Below are positions 41,221-51,972 of a stretch of DNA of 64,000 nt, piece after piece. The stretch is taken from assembly GCA_963771465.1 (NCBI GenBank), contig CAVYTU010000017.1, positions 800,001-864,000 on the forward strand, read 5' to 3'. The position numbers and the translations under genes were made by a program. Under the pieces are notes generated by a model. It saw only the letters and a program-made list of their open reading frames with translations, had not been told where the DNA came from and did no database searches. How positions within the stretch are numbered: position 1 is the first letter of the stretch; every line of letters starts with the position of its first letter. The stretch is from an uncultured delta proteobacterium. Its GTDB lineage: Bacteria > Desulfobacterota > Binatia > UBA9968.

Positions 41221-41300
41221 TGGAGTAATGGAGTGCTGGAGTGTTGGAGTATTGGGTTCCGGAACCCATCACTCCAGTATTCCATTACTCCAATACCCCA
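41221..41300. repeat. 80-bp palindrome of 5+5 octamers
   Basis: TGGAGTAA TGGAGTGC TGGAGTGT TGGAGTAT TGGGTTCC | GGAACCCA TCACTCCA GTATTCCA TTACTCCA ATACCCCA. Confidence 0.85.
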
Positions 41301-41305
41301 TTCTT

Positions 41306-41866
41306 TCAGATCGTCGCGGCGACTTGCGGCCGGGCGATCAAGTTTTCTCCCCAACGTTTGAGGTTCGGATAATGATCATCGATCACTACTTTGTAGCGTT
41401 GGCGCCGGGTGTAAAAGGGGATGAACGTGATATCGGCGAGGGAATATTCGCCGACCAGAAAATCTTTGCCGGCCATCTCTTGGTCCAGGGTTTGGAGATG
41501 TTGCTTCATCTTCTCATCGGCTTTGTCCAAGTTTCGATCGTGCTGCAAATCGCTGGCCGCCGGATGGACGCGCGTGTTCATGAAATCGATCCAGATGCGC
41601 GCCTTGGAGCGCAAGAGCGGATCGCTCGGCATGAGCCGAACTTGCGGAAATTTTTCTTCCAGATACTCGTTCAGAATAGCCGATTCGTAAATCACGCCGT
41701 CGCCGTCGACCAGCACGGGCACTTTGCCGTAGGGATTTTGCCGGACGAGATCTTCCGGCTTGTTCTTAAGATTGACTTCGATCAATTCACACGCGAGCTT
41801 TTTTTCCGAAAGGACAATCCTTGTCCTGTGGGCGTAGGGTCAAGCATGTGCGGTGTAGAGTTTCAT
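41306..41866 (-). CDS. Glutathione S-transferase (omega/SspA-like), probable selenoprotein (UGA codon 9 at 41842-41840)
   Basis: RBS GAGGAGG, then MKLYTAHA-U-PYAHRTRIVLSEK, in frame with NPYGKVPVL...ESAILNEYLEE. Confidence 0.85.
41811..41827 (-). other. Putative bacterial SECIS element
   Basis: mRNA AGGACAA-GGA-UUGUCCU; the loop starts 20 nt after the UGA. Confidence 0.65.
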
Positions 41867-41988
41867 GGTTTGGCCTCCTCGTAGACCTCTATTTATTACC
41901 ACTCTCGGCGCGAGGAGCGCAACGTCGGGCCGGGAGCGGCGCATGCGAATTCCAGATTACAGATTCCAGAAGTTTGGCCGCTTCTCGT

Positions 41989-42795
41989 CTAGCGGGAGCG
42001 GGTGTCGAGCCGTTCCTGCAGGGCGTCGCCAACTAAGTTGAGCGCGAGCACGGTGAGCATGATGGCGAGGCCGGGGTAGGTGGTGAGATGAGGCGCGACG
42101 AGGAGAAATTGCCGCCCGTCGTTGAGCATCGATCCCCATGACGGCGTCGGCGGTTCGACGCCCAGGCCGAGAAAACTCAGGCTGCCTTCGGCGACGATCG
42201 CCGCTGCCAGGCCGAAGGTGGACTGAATCAAAAGCGGCGGCAGTAGATTGGGCAACAGATGGCGCAGGATGATGCGCCAAGGCGGACAACCGAGAGCGCG
42301 CGCGGCTTGGATGAATTCTCTTTCCCGAAGCGCGAGAATCTCGCCGCGGACCAAGCGCGCATAGCTGGTCCAGCCGATTAAACAGAGCGCGATAATCACG
42401 TGATCGAGCCCCGGCCCGAGCACGGCGGTGAATGCGATGGCGAGCAGAATGCCGGGAAAGGCGAGGAGAATGTCGACCAGTCGCATCGCCAGTTGATCGA
42501 TCCAGCCGCCGCAGTAACCGGACAGTGAGCCGACGATGAGGCCGATGGCTAACGAAAGCGTGACCGTGCTGATGCCGACGAGCAGGGAAATGCGGCCGCC
42601 ATGGAGAATGCGGCTGAGGATATCGCGGCCGAGCTTGTCGGTGCCGAGAGGATGATCGGCGGAATAGCCGGTTAAGTCTTCGGACAGACTCTGCCGCAGC
42701 GGATGGTGCGGCGTGATCAGCGGTGCAAACAGCGCCGAGACGATTAAGACGAGCAAAGTCCCAGCGCCGATAGCGAGCCAGAGTTTGTTATTCAT
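41989..42795 (-). CDS. dppC: Peptide/nickel ABC permease DppC
   Basis: HPLGTDKLGRD; EGSLSFLGLG..PPTPSWG. Confidence 0.88.
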   Translation of the reverse strand: MNNKLWLAIGAGTLLVLIVSALFAPLITPHHPLRQSLSEDLTGYSADHPLGTDKLGRDILSRILHGGRISLLVGISTVTLSLAIGLIVGSLSGYCGGWIDQLAMRLVDILLAFPGILLAIAFTAVLGPGLDHVIIALCLIGWTSYARLVRGEILALREREFIQAARALGCPPWRIILRHLLPNLLPPLLIQSTFGLAAAIVAEGSLSFLGLGVEPPTPSWGSMLNDGRQFLLVAPHLTTYPGLAIMLTVLALNLVGDALQERLDTRSR

Positions 42796-43717
42796 AGCTC
42801 ACGCGCGGATCGACGAGCTTGTAGACAAGGTCGGTAAAGAAATTTACCAGCAGGTAAGAGACGGCGATCACCAGGACACAGCCTTGGACGAGCGGGTAGT
42901 CGCGCGTCTGGATCGCTTGCACGGTCAAACGGCCGATGCCGGGCCAACTGAAAATCGTTTCGGTGATCAGCGAGCCGGCGAGCACGGCGCCGAATTGCAG
43001 GCTCATGATCGTAACCACGGATATCAGCGCGTTACGCAGCGTGTGTTTGAGCCAGACCTGTTTTTCCGCCAGGCCCTTGGCGCGCGCCGTGCGCACGAAG
43101 TCTTCATGCATCGTCTGCAGCAAACTGGCGCGCAGTATGCGAGTTAAAATAGCCGCCATACCCAAGCCGAGCGTTAGCGCCGGTAAAACTAAATGGCCGA
43201 AACTGCCGCGCCCGGAAACCGGCAACCAGCCGAGTTGAATTGAAAACAAGATCATTAGCAACGGGCCGAGCCAAAAGTTAGGCAGCGAAAGACCGAGCAA
43301 AGAAAAAAACAACGCGGCGCGATCGAGCCAGCGGCCGCGGTTCACCGCGGCGAGAATGGCCAGGGGAAATGAAATGAGTAATGCGGCGATCATGGCGCAC
43401 AGCGCGAGCTGCAAAGTCGCCGGCAGGCGCGCGCCGATGATCGCCCCGACGCTCGCCTGTTCGTAAAGCGAGCGCCCCAGGTCGCCGGTGGAGAAGTTGG
43501 TTAGAAAGTTTCGATATTGGGTCAGCATGGGCTGGTCGAGACCGAGGTTTCGGCGCAGTTCTTGTTTGTCAGCGCTGGTAGCGGTCTCGCCGAGCATAAC
43601 TTCGACCGGGTCGCCGGGGATGAGATGAATCAGCACGAATACCAACGTCAGCGCGCCGAGCAAGGTCGGCAGCAGGAGCAAGAGACGTTGGATGAAATAG
43701 CGTTTCACGGAATCCAT
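42788..43717 (-). CDS. dppB: Peptide/nickel ABC permease DppB
   Basis: PGDP; RTARAKGL; ETIFSWPGIG; RDYP. Confidence 0.88.
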   Translation of the reverse strand: MDSVKRYFIQRLLLLLPTLLGALTLVFVLIHLIPGDPVEVMLGETATSADKQELRRNLGLDQPMLTQYRNFLTNFSTGDLGRSLYEQASVGAIIGARLPATLQLALCAMIAALLISFPLAILAAVNRGRWLDRAALFFSLLGLSLPNFWLGPLLMILFSIQLGWLPVSGRGSFGHLVLPALTLGLGMAAILTRILRASLLQTMHEDFVRTARAKGLAEKQVWLKHTLRNALISVVTIMSLQFGAVLAGSLITETIFSWPGIGRLTVQAIQTRDYPLVQGCVLVIAVSYLLVNFFTDLVYKLVDPRVSYE

Positions 43718-43748
43718 CTAATACAACTGGATATTCGTTGCGCCCAAT

Positions 43749-43826
43749 TCCGTCATTCCCGCCACGCGGGAATCCAGGTTTGTTGCGCCGAAATGCCCGG
43801 ATACCCGCTTTCGCGGGTATGACGGA
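43749..43826. repeat. REP/dRS3-like palindromic element
   Basis: TCCGTCATTCCCGCcacGCGGGAATCC...GGATACCCGCtttcGCGGGTATGACGGA. Confidence 0.75.
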
Positions 43827-43837
43827 TCAGAGAACAT

Positions 43838-45379
43838 TCAGCGCATCGATACATTCTTAAACGAAATCAAGTCGCCGTCGGGATAGGGTACGAAGTCTTT
43901 GACCGACGGTTGCTTCACGACGACATTTCTCCACCACCAGAGCGGCACGTAGGGAAGATCCTCGGCGAGTCGTTTTTGGATTTGACTGTAGATGGATTTG
44001 CGTTGGGCTTCGTCCAAGGTCATACGCCCGCGTTCCAGCAATCGGTCTATCTCCGGGTTGCTGTAGCGGCCGCGGTTGTCGCCATTGGGCGGCACGCTGA
44101 CTGAGTGGAAGATCTGATACTGAATATCGGGGTCCAAGATACCGACCCAGGCGAGCGAATAGAGATGAAAATTGCCTTGCTTGATATCGCTGAAAAACGT
44201 GCCCCACTCGTAGCTGCGAATTTCCAGCTCGATGCCGACACTTTGCAGCTGCTCTTTGAGCGCCTCAGCGATGCGCCGGCGCAGATCGATGTTGGTCGTC
44301 TTAAACGACAGGCGAAAGCGCGGCTGCGGTCCGTTGCCGTCAGGATCGCGGTAGCCGGCTTCGTCAAGCAATCTTTTCGCCTTCTCCGGATCATGCGGCC
44401 ATAGTCTAACGCTGTCATCGAAGGCCCAGTTTGCCGGCGCCAGGATACCGCTGGCGGCATCGCCGATGCCTTTAAGCAGATGACGAATGATGGCATCCCG
44501 GTCGATGGCGAGCGCGATGGCTTGGCGTACTCTGGAATGTTGGAGAATCGGGTGGGTCAGGTTAATACCGATGTACTGAAATGTCGTACCCTGATGAACT
44601 CCAATATCCGCGTGGGTATTATTTTTGAGCCACGGCAGCATGTCGGGCTCGATATCGTTTTGCATAAAATCGATGGTGCCTTTTTTAAACTCCAATACCC
44701 GCACCATGGCGTCGGGAACGTTCTTGAATACGACACCGGCGAGTGGCGGTTTGCCGTCGAAATAATTCGCATTGGCTTTCAGGGTGACTTTCTCGCCCGT
44801 ATCCACCGTCTCCAACATGAACGGGCCCGAACCTGGCGGCGGTTTGTCATTGGACGGCGAACCGGCGGGCACGATGCCGAGGGTAAACTGTTCGACAAAG
44901 GGCGCGTGCGGCGCGTTGAGTTCGAAGCGCAACTCGTGGGTGCCGGTTTGTTCGACGGACGCGAGATGCTTGAGCATGCCGCGTTTGGGCGAATGGGTAG
45001 CGGGATTGAGAATCGATTCGAAAGTGTATTTAACATCGGCCGCGGTGAGTGGTCGGCCATCGTGGAAGCGCACGCCGCGGCGTAAATTAAATTCAAAGCT
45101 GCGCTCGTCGAGTCGGCGCCAACTGGCAGCGAGCTCGGGTCGCAGCCGCAAATGCTCATCGGTGCGCAGCAAGGAGCTGTAAATCAGATTGCCGACTCGC
45201 ACGGAATTGGCGTCGGTGGCATGGCGCGGATCGAGCTGAAGCGGCTGGCTTTCGATGCCGGCGACGAGATAACCCGGCGGCCGGTCGGCCGGCGCATTGC
45301 GGCACGCGGTGTTGAATAATACGAGCGTAACGATGAGAGGGAGCAAAAAAGTTCGGCGCGCCAAGCTATTTCTCGACAA
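43838..45379 (-). CDS. dppA: Peptide ABC substrate-binding lipoprotein (family 5)
   Basis: LRRGVRFHDG.PLTAADV; GSGPF; RVRQAIALAIDR. Confidence 0.88.
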   Translation of the reverse strand: MSRNSLARRTFLLPLIVTLVLFNTACRNAPADRPPGYLVAGIESQPLQLDPRHATDANSVRVGNLIYSSLLRTDEHLRLRPELAASWRRLDERSFEFNLRRGVRFHDGRPLTAADVKYTFESILNPATHSPKRGMLKHLASVEQTGTHELRFELNAPHAPFVEQFTLGIVPAGSPSNDKPPPGSGPFMLETVDTGEKVTLKANANYFDGKPPLAGVVFKNVPDAMVRVLEFKKGTIDFMQNDIEPDMLPWLKNNTHADIGVHQGTTFQYIGINLTHPILQHSRVRQAIALAIDRDAIIRHLLKGIGDAASGILAPANWAFDDSVRLWPHDPEKAKRLLDEAGYRDPDGNGPQPRFRLSFKTTNIDLRRRIAEALKEQLQSVGIELEIRSYEWGTFFSDIKQGNFHLYSLAWVGILDPDIQYQIFHSVSVPPNGDNRGRYSNPEIDRLLERGRMTLDEAQRKSIYSQIQKRLAEDLPYVPLWWWRNVVVKQPSVKDFVPYPDGDLISFKNVSMR

Positions 45380-45436
45380 AAATTTTGACTGACCATAGCT
45401 TGTTTGCTACACTCGGTCAATTTTCATCATCCCCTC

Positions 45437-46675
45437 ATGACGACCCATATCCATTCTCTAATCCGCAGCGCGATTGTTATCTTGGCGCTAACTTTGCCTA
45501 TCCGGTCGTTGGCGCAGGATTCGCCGTTCTCGGTGCCGGAGGGATTGACAGGCGCCGTTGAGTTTTGGAAGCAGATCTTTACCCGCTACGACTCTAGCGA
45601 CGTGGTATTGTTCGATCCCCTCGATCCGGGAAAAATTTACAGCGTCTTGCGCGTGCCCGAGAACGATGAGGGTCGTGCTCAGGTGAGTAAAGAGCGGGCG
45701 CGCATCTCCTCCGAGTATGACCTGATCGACGATGAGACGCGGATTCGCAGCCAACGCGGCGCCAAGGATCATTTCCGCGAGGGGTTGAGAATCTCCGGGC
45801 GGTACATGGCGCAGATGCAAAAAATCTTTCGCGACGAAGGTCTGCCGGCGGAGATCGCCTACCTGCCGCTGGTGGAGTCGTCTTTCAACATTCGCGCGCG
45901 TTCGAGCGTGGGCGCTTTAGGCATGTGGCAGTTCATGCCTGCGACCGGCAAGAAATTCATGCGCATCGACGCGGCGGTGGATGAGCGGCGCGATCCGATG
46001 GCATCGACGCGGGCGGCGGCGCGTTTGCTCAAACAGAACTATCAAATCCTCGGCAACTGGCCGTTGGCGATCACCGCCTACAATCACGGTACGGACGGCA
46101 TATTCCGCGGCATTAAGGCGGTCGAATCGGATGATCTCGTCGATCTGATTCGCGGTTATCAATCGCCGACCTTCGGTTTCGCTTCCAAGAATTTCTACGC
46201 CGAGTTTCTCGCGGTGGTTCAAATCGCCGGCAACAGCGAAACCTTCTTCCCGTTTCTACGCCATCATCGCCCGGTGAACTTGCGCGAAGTCGCGCTCAAG
46301 CGGCCGGTGGCGCTCAACGCCGTGCTCAAGCCCGCGGCGATTTCTCACAGCCAGTTTTTCGCCTGGAACCCAGCGCTGGAACCGACCACCAAGGTGTTGC
46401 CGCTCGGTTACCGAGTGAATCTGCCCGCGGAAAAAGTCGATCAGTTTGTCAGCGCGCAAAGCCGTGCGGGTGAAGGGAGAAAGATTAAAAAGACAATGGC
46501 CGCAAACACCCAGGCCAACGTGGCGGCGGCAAAATCTCGCGGCGCGCACGCACAAAGGATCGTCGCTCCGCCCAGCCGGAGTGCCGGCGCAAGCGTGAAA
46601 GCTAACGCATCGCCTATCGCTAAGCGGCAAAGATCGAACAAGACGCCGCAGACGTTCAAGATCGTTTCTCGTTAG
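45437..46675 (+). CDS. MltD-like lytic transglycosylase
   Basis: LPLVESSF; GMWQFM; AYNHG. Confidence 0.88.
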   Translation: MTTHIHSLIRSAIVILALTLPIRSLAQDSPFSVPEGLTGAVEFWKQIFTRYDSSDVVLFDPLDPGKIYSVLRVPENDEGRAQVSKERARISSEYDLIDDETRIRSQRGAKDHFREGLRISGRYMAQMQKIFRDEGLPAEIAYLPLVESSFNIRARSSVGALGMWQFMPATGKKFMRIDAAVDERRDPMASTRAAARLLKQNYQILGNWPLAITAYNHGTDGIFRGIKAVESDDLVDLIRGYQSPTFGFASKNFYAEFLAVVQIAGNSETFFPFLRHHRPVNLREVALKRPVALNAVLKPAAISHSQFFAWNPALEPTTKVLPLGYRVNLPAEKVDQFVSAQSRAGEGRKIKKTMAANTQANVAAAKSRGAHAQRIVAPPSRSAGASVKANASPIAKRQRSNKTPQTFKIVSR

Positions 46676-46795
46676 TTCATTCCTAGCCGCTAAGGCGCGC
46701 GGATGACGCGTCGGTTGGTGGCAAACTCGTGATTGTCCTGTCACCGCTCTCAGGGTTGCAGGTAGTCAAGCTTAGCTTATAATGACCGTGATTTC

Positions 46796-47614
46796 ATGGA
46801 ACCGCTCTTGGTCAAGATTACCGCGGCGATTTATCTACTTGCGGCGGCAAGCTATTTCTATTTCGTTTTCCGAAAAGATAGTTCGTCGCGACTCTCGGCG
46901 CTGGCTTTGACGGCTGGATTTGCGCTGCACACTGCCGCGCTGACCAATCGATTCGTCAGTGAGGGGTTCGCCGCAGTGGCGCTCATCGGCGAGGCGCTAC
47001 TTTTCAAGAGCTGGTTGATGGTCGGGCTTTATCTTTTGTTCCAGCTCAAGTATCGCCTGACCGTGCTCGGCGGCATCGTTGCCCCGTTGGCTTGCTTGAT
47101 GTGTCTGGCGGCCTTTGCCTTCGGCACCACGGGCGGCGAAATTCCGCCCGGCTTGGAATCCGTTTGGCTGCCGGTGCACGTTACCTTGGCGTTTCTCGGC
47201 AATGCCGTGTTTGCCCTCGCGTTCGGCGTGAGCTTGATTTACCTGCTGCAGGAGCGTCACCTCAAACACAAGAAGATGACCGCGCTGATGAAGCGCTTTC
47301 CCTCGCTCGAATCCTTGGACCGGTTGAATTACGTCTTGTTGGTTTGGGGTTTTCCCTTGATGACGCTGGGGATTCTCACCGGCAGCGTCTGGGCGGGAAT
47401 TCACTGGGGCACTTATTGGTCTTGGGAACCGCGCCAGATCTCTTCCGGCATCGCCTGGTTGTTCTACGGTGCGATACTTCATGGCCGCATCACCGCCGGC
47501 TTGCGTGGCAAGAAGGTGGCAGTGCTGACGATGGTCGGTTTCTGCGTGGTGCTCGGCTACTTTCTGTGGGGCGAAGCCGTGTTTCCCAGCCGTCACGGCG
47601 GACGGTTCGAGTAA
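46796..47614 (+). CDS. ccsA: Cytochrome c assembly protein (CcsA/HemX type)
   Basis: Tryptophan-rich WAGIHWGTYWSWEPR; conserved His residues. Confidence 0.85.
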   Translation: MEPLLVKITAAIYLLAAASYFYFVFRKDSSSRLSALALTAGFALHTAALTNRFVSEGFAAVALIGEALLFKSWLMVGLYLLFQLKYRLTVLGGIVAPLACLMCLAAFAFGTTGGEIPPGLESVWLPVHVTLAFLGNAVFALAFGVSLIYLLQERHLKHKKMTALMKRFPSLESLDRLNYVLLVWGFPLMTLGILTGSVWAGIHWGTYWSWEPRQISSGIAWLFYGAILHGRITAGLRGKKVAVLTMVGFCVVLGYFLWGEAVFPSRHGGRFE

Positions 47615-47617
47615 ATC

Positions 47618-48901
47618 GTGCACAAAGAAATCGTCATCGTCGGTCTCAACCACCGCAGCGCGCCGATCGAAGTGCGCGAGAGCGTGGCTTTTGAGAACGC
47701 TTACCTGCGCGACGCGCTGGCGCGCTTGCATGGCTATTCGTCGATCGACGAAGGGGTGATTCTTTCCACCTGTAATCGGGTCGAGGTCGTTGCCGCGGCG
47801 GCCGATCGTCGAGTGGCGCTCAGCGATATCACCGGCTTTCTGAGCGAACAAAAAATGCACCGTCAGCTGGGCGCCATCGATGAGCATATTTATTGTTATC
47901 ATGGCGCCGATGCGGTCCGTCATCTGTTCCGCGTCGCCGCCAGCCTCGACTCCATGGTCGTCGGCGAGCCGCAGATTCTCGGCCAGTTGAAGGCATACTA
48001 CGAGCGAGCGCAGCAGGCGGGCACCGTCGGCACCATTCTGCATCGGCTCTTTCATCGCTCTTTTTCGGTGGCGAAACGGGTGCGCACGGAGACCGGCATC
48101 GGCAGCGGCGCGGTGTCTGTCAGCTCGGTGGCGGTGGATTTTGCCAAGCGCATTTTCGATCGCTTCGACGATAAAACCGTGATGTTGATCGGCGCCGGCA
48201 AGATGGGCGATCTGATGGCCCGTCACCTGCAAAGCCACGGCGTGCGCAGTCTCATGGTGACCAATCGGACGTTTGAGCGCGCGGTGGAATTGGCCGAGCG
48301 GATTCACGGTAATCCGATCCGCTTCGAGGACTTTCCCCAGTATTTGAAAATGGCCGATTTGGTGATCGGCTGCACCGGCGCGCCGGAAGTTTTAGTCGAC
48401 GCGGCGCAAGTCGATAAAGTGCTGCGCGAACGCAAGCAGCGGGCGATGTTTTTCATCGACGTCGGCGACCGGCGCAACTTCGACGCCAAGATCAACGACC
48501 TCGACAACGTTTATCTTTACAACATCGATGATCTCAAAAGCGTCGCCGACGAAAATCTCCAAGGACGCTCCAACGAGGCGAACAAAGCCGAGGGCATTGT
48601 ACAAGACGAAGTGCAGAGCTTCGTGCGCTGGATCGGCTCTTTGGAACAGGTGCCGACGATCGCGGCATTGCGCCAGCGCTTCGACGATATTCGCCGCGGC
48701 GAGCTGGAAAAATCCCTGGGCGGCAGTCTCAAGGACTTATCCCATCAACAACGCGCCGCGTTGGAAGACATGACCACGGCGATGATCAACAAGATGCTGC
48801 ACGGGCCCATCGCGCAATTGAAAAATAATAGCGACAACGACAACGAAGCGACGCTTTACGTCGCCGCGCTGAAAAAGCTCTTCGACCTGGAGGGCAAGTG
48901 A
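47618..48901 (+). CDS. hemA: Glutamyl-tRNA reductase
   Basis: STCNRVE; SLDSMVVGEPQILGQ; GAGKMG. Confidence 0.96.
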   Translation: MHKEIVIVGLNHRSAPIEVRESVAFENAYLRDALARLHGYSSIDEGVILSTCNRVEVVAAAADRRVALSDITGFLSEQKMHRQLGAIDEHIYCYHGADAVRHLFRVAASLDSMVVGEPQILGQLKAYYERAQQAGTVGTILHRLFHRSFSVAKRVRTETGIGSGAVSVSSVAVDFAKRIFDRFDDKTVMLIGAGKMGDLMARHLQSHGVRSLMVTNRTFERAVELAERIHGNPIRFEDFPQYLKMADLVIGCTGAPEVLVDAAQVDKVLRERKQRAMFFIDVGDRRNFDAKINDLDNVYLYNIDDLKSVADENLQGRSNEANKAEGIVQDEVQSFVRWIGSLEQVPTIAALRQRFDDIRRGELEKSLGGSLKDLSHQQRAALEDMTTAMINKMLHGPIAQLKNNSDNDNEATLYVAALKKLFDLEGK

Positions 48902-49809
48902 TGCTTGTCCGCATCGGCGGCCGCGGTAGCCTGTTGGCGTTGGCGCAAGCGAATTGGCTGAAACGCGAAGTCGAAGCCCATTACCCAGAGGCGCAGGTCG
49001 ATTTGACGATCATCAAAACCAGCGGCGACCAGTTCGTCGACCGGCCCATCGCCGCCATTGGCGGTAAAGGCGTTTTCACCAAAGAGATCGAAGATGCGTT
49101 GCTCCGAAATGACATCGACATCGCGGTGCATTCGATGAAGGATTTGCCGACCGACAGGGTCGCGGGTTTAACGATCGCCGTCATGCCGCGGCGTGAAGAC
49201 GCGCGGGACGTTCTCGTCAGTCGAGACGGACGAATATTCCGCGAATTGCCTGCTAACGCGCGGCTGGCGACGGGGAGTTTGCGGCGGCGCTCGCAATTGC
49301 TGCATTATCGCAGCGATCTCGCGTTGACGCCGATCCGTGGCAACATCGATACGCGTTTGCGCAAACTCGATGACGGTGCAGCCGATGGTTTGATCATGGC
49401 GGCGGCCGGGTTGAAACGCATTGGCCAGGAAGGGCGTATAACCGAGTATTTGCCGGACGAGATTTGCGTCAGCGCCGTCGCCCAGGGCGCCCTCGGCATC
49501 CAGGCGCGCGACGACGGCGCCATGGGCAAGATGTTGGCGTTTCTGCATGATTCCAATACCCATGCCGAGGTGACGGCGGAACGAGCATTGCTCGAAAGAT
49601 TGGGCGGCGGCTGTCACGTGCCGATCGGCGCGCGCGCGCGCGCGAGTGCCGATTCGCTGGCCATGATCGCTGTGGTGGCCCAACCGGACGGCAAGTCGCT
49701 CTGTCGGGGAAAAATAACGGGGAAGGCGAGCGAGGCGGCTGAGCTTGGCCGGGATTTGGCCGAGCAGTTACTGCGGGACGGTGCCGATAAGTTGTTGGCA
49801 AAGAACTGA
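48898..49809 (+). CDS. hemC: Hydroxymethylbilane synthase
   Basis: GKGVFTKEIE; AVHSMKD; LGGGCHVPIG. Confidence 0.96.
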   Translation: MMLVRIGGRGSLLALAQANWLKREVEAHYPEAQVDLTIIKTSGDQFVDRPIAAIGGKGVFTKEIEDALLRNDIDIAVHSMKDLPTDRVAGLTIAVMPRREDARDVLVSRDGRIFRELPANARLATGSLRRRSQLLHYRSDLALTPIRGNIDTRLRKLDDGAADGLIMAAAGLKRIGQEGRITEYLPDEICVSAVAQGALGIQARDDGAMGKMLAFLHDSNTHAEVTAERALLERLGGGCHVPIGARARASADSLAMIAVVAQPDGKSLCRGKITGKASEAAELGRDLAEQLLRDGADKLLAKN

Positions 49810-49813
49810 GGCT

Positions 49814-50647
49814 ATGAGCAAGTCTGCGCCAGTTCGCCATGCCGTAAAAGCCGCCGGAGCGGAAAAACCGCTTGCCGGGCGACGGGTCGTCGTCACGCGC
49901 GCGCGCGCGCAAGCGGGAGTCTTGGCGCAGCGCATCACTGATCTTGGCGGTGTGGTGATCGAGTGTCCGACCATCGAGATTCAACCGCCGGGCGATTTTC
50001 TCGCCTTCGATCGAGCACTGGCGCGGCTTGACTCCTACGACTGGCTGATCTTCACCAGCGTCAATAGCGTCGAGCCATTTCTTTCGCGGCTCGATCATGT
50101 CGGCAAACGTGTCGCTCAACTGGCGCGATTGAAGGTCGCGGCGATCGGTTCGGAGACGGCGAAGCGGCTCGATGCCGCGGGAATTTCCGTCACTGTGGTT
50201 CCACAGCGCTATCAAGCCGAGGGCCTGCTCGATTCGCTCGGTGCCGATGAGATGGCCGGTAAAAATGTCCTGATTCCGCGCGCCGCCAAAGCGCGCAACG
50301 TGTTGCCGGAAACGTTGCGCCAGTGGGGCGCCAACGTCGACGTGGTTGAAGCCTATCGCACCGCGGCGCCGAATATCGACGTCGCGGCACTGCGCCAGCG
50401 TTTGCAGCGCGGTGATGCGGATATCGTGACGTTTACCAGTTCGAGCACGGTGAGTAACTTCGTTGAGCTTTTTGCCGCAGCTGATCTTCCGTCTATCGTT
50501 GGCACCGCTGCGGTCGCCTGCATCGGTCCGATTACTGCAAAGACCGTTGAAGATCTCGGCGGCAAGGTCGCCATTACGGCCCGTGAATTCACCATCGACG
50601 GGTTGGTTAAGGCGATGGTCGATTATTGTAACGCCGACACTAAGTGA
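49814..50647 (+). CDS. hemD: Uroporphyrinogen-III synthase
   Basis: VVVTRA; FTSVNSV; FTSSSTV; ACIGPIT. Confidence 0.92.
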   Translation: MSKSAPVRHAVKAAGAEKPLAGRRVVVTRARAQAGVLAQRITDLGGVVIECPTIEIQPPGDFLAFDRALARLDSYDWLIFTSVNSVEPFLSRLDHVGKRVAQLARLKVAAIGSETAKRLDAAGISVTVVPQRYQAEGLLDSLGADEMAGKNVLIPRAAKARNVLPETLRQWGANVDVVEAYRTAAPNIDVAALRQRLQRGDADIVTFTSSSTVSNFVELFAAADLPSIVGTAAVACIGPITAKTVEDLGGKVAITAREFTIDGLVKAMVDYCNADTK

Positions 50648-50710
50648 ACCCGTCCAAACGCAATAAGCTCCGGCAAAAATACTTTAAAGAGTTTCAGTCG
50701 GGAGAACAGA

Positions 50711-51690
<980 letters not shown>

Positions 51691-51693
51691 CCG

Positions 51694-51954
51694 TCAAAGC
51701 AAATTCCACAGGTCCTTGATTTTTCTTCGGAGCGTGCGCTCGCACTCGGCTTCGCGGCCGTCGGTATAAACCTGGTTTGCCGACAGACGGAAGATCAATA
51801 CGCGCGCGCCTTTTGCGAGCCGCACGATGAAGGTGTTCGAATCGTCTTCAAAGATCACATCGGCGGCGATTGCCGGATCGGCGCTGCGGGCGATGTCTTG
51901 AGCCCAGGTCGCAAGTTGAGGGCACGCGGCTTCGCCCCTATGGTCACTCAGCAT
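51694..51954 (-). CDS. Hypothetical protein
   Basis: 86-aa ORF with typical codon usage. Confidence 0.55.
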   Translation of the reverse strand: MLSDHRGEAACPQLATWAQDIARSADPAIAADVIFEDDSNTFIVRLAKGARVLIFRLSANQVYTDGREAECERTLRRKIKDLWNLL

Positions 51955-51972
51955 CGCAACGGCACAAGCGGA

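Noticed and set aside
40667-48307. Long antisense ORFs (e.g. 40667..41884 +, 46997..48307 -)
   Set aside because: They are shadow frames of well-supported genes in GC-rich DNA.
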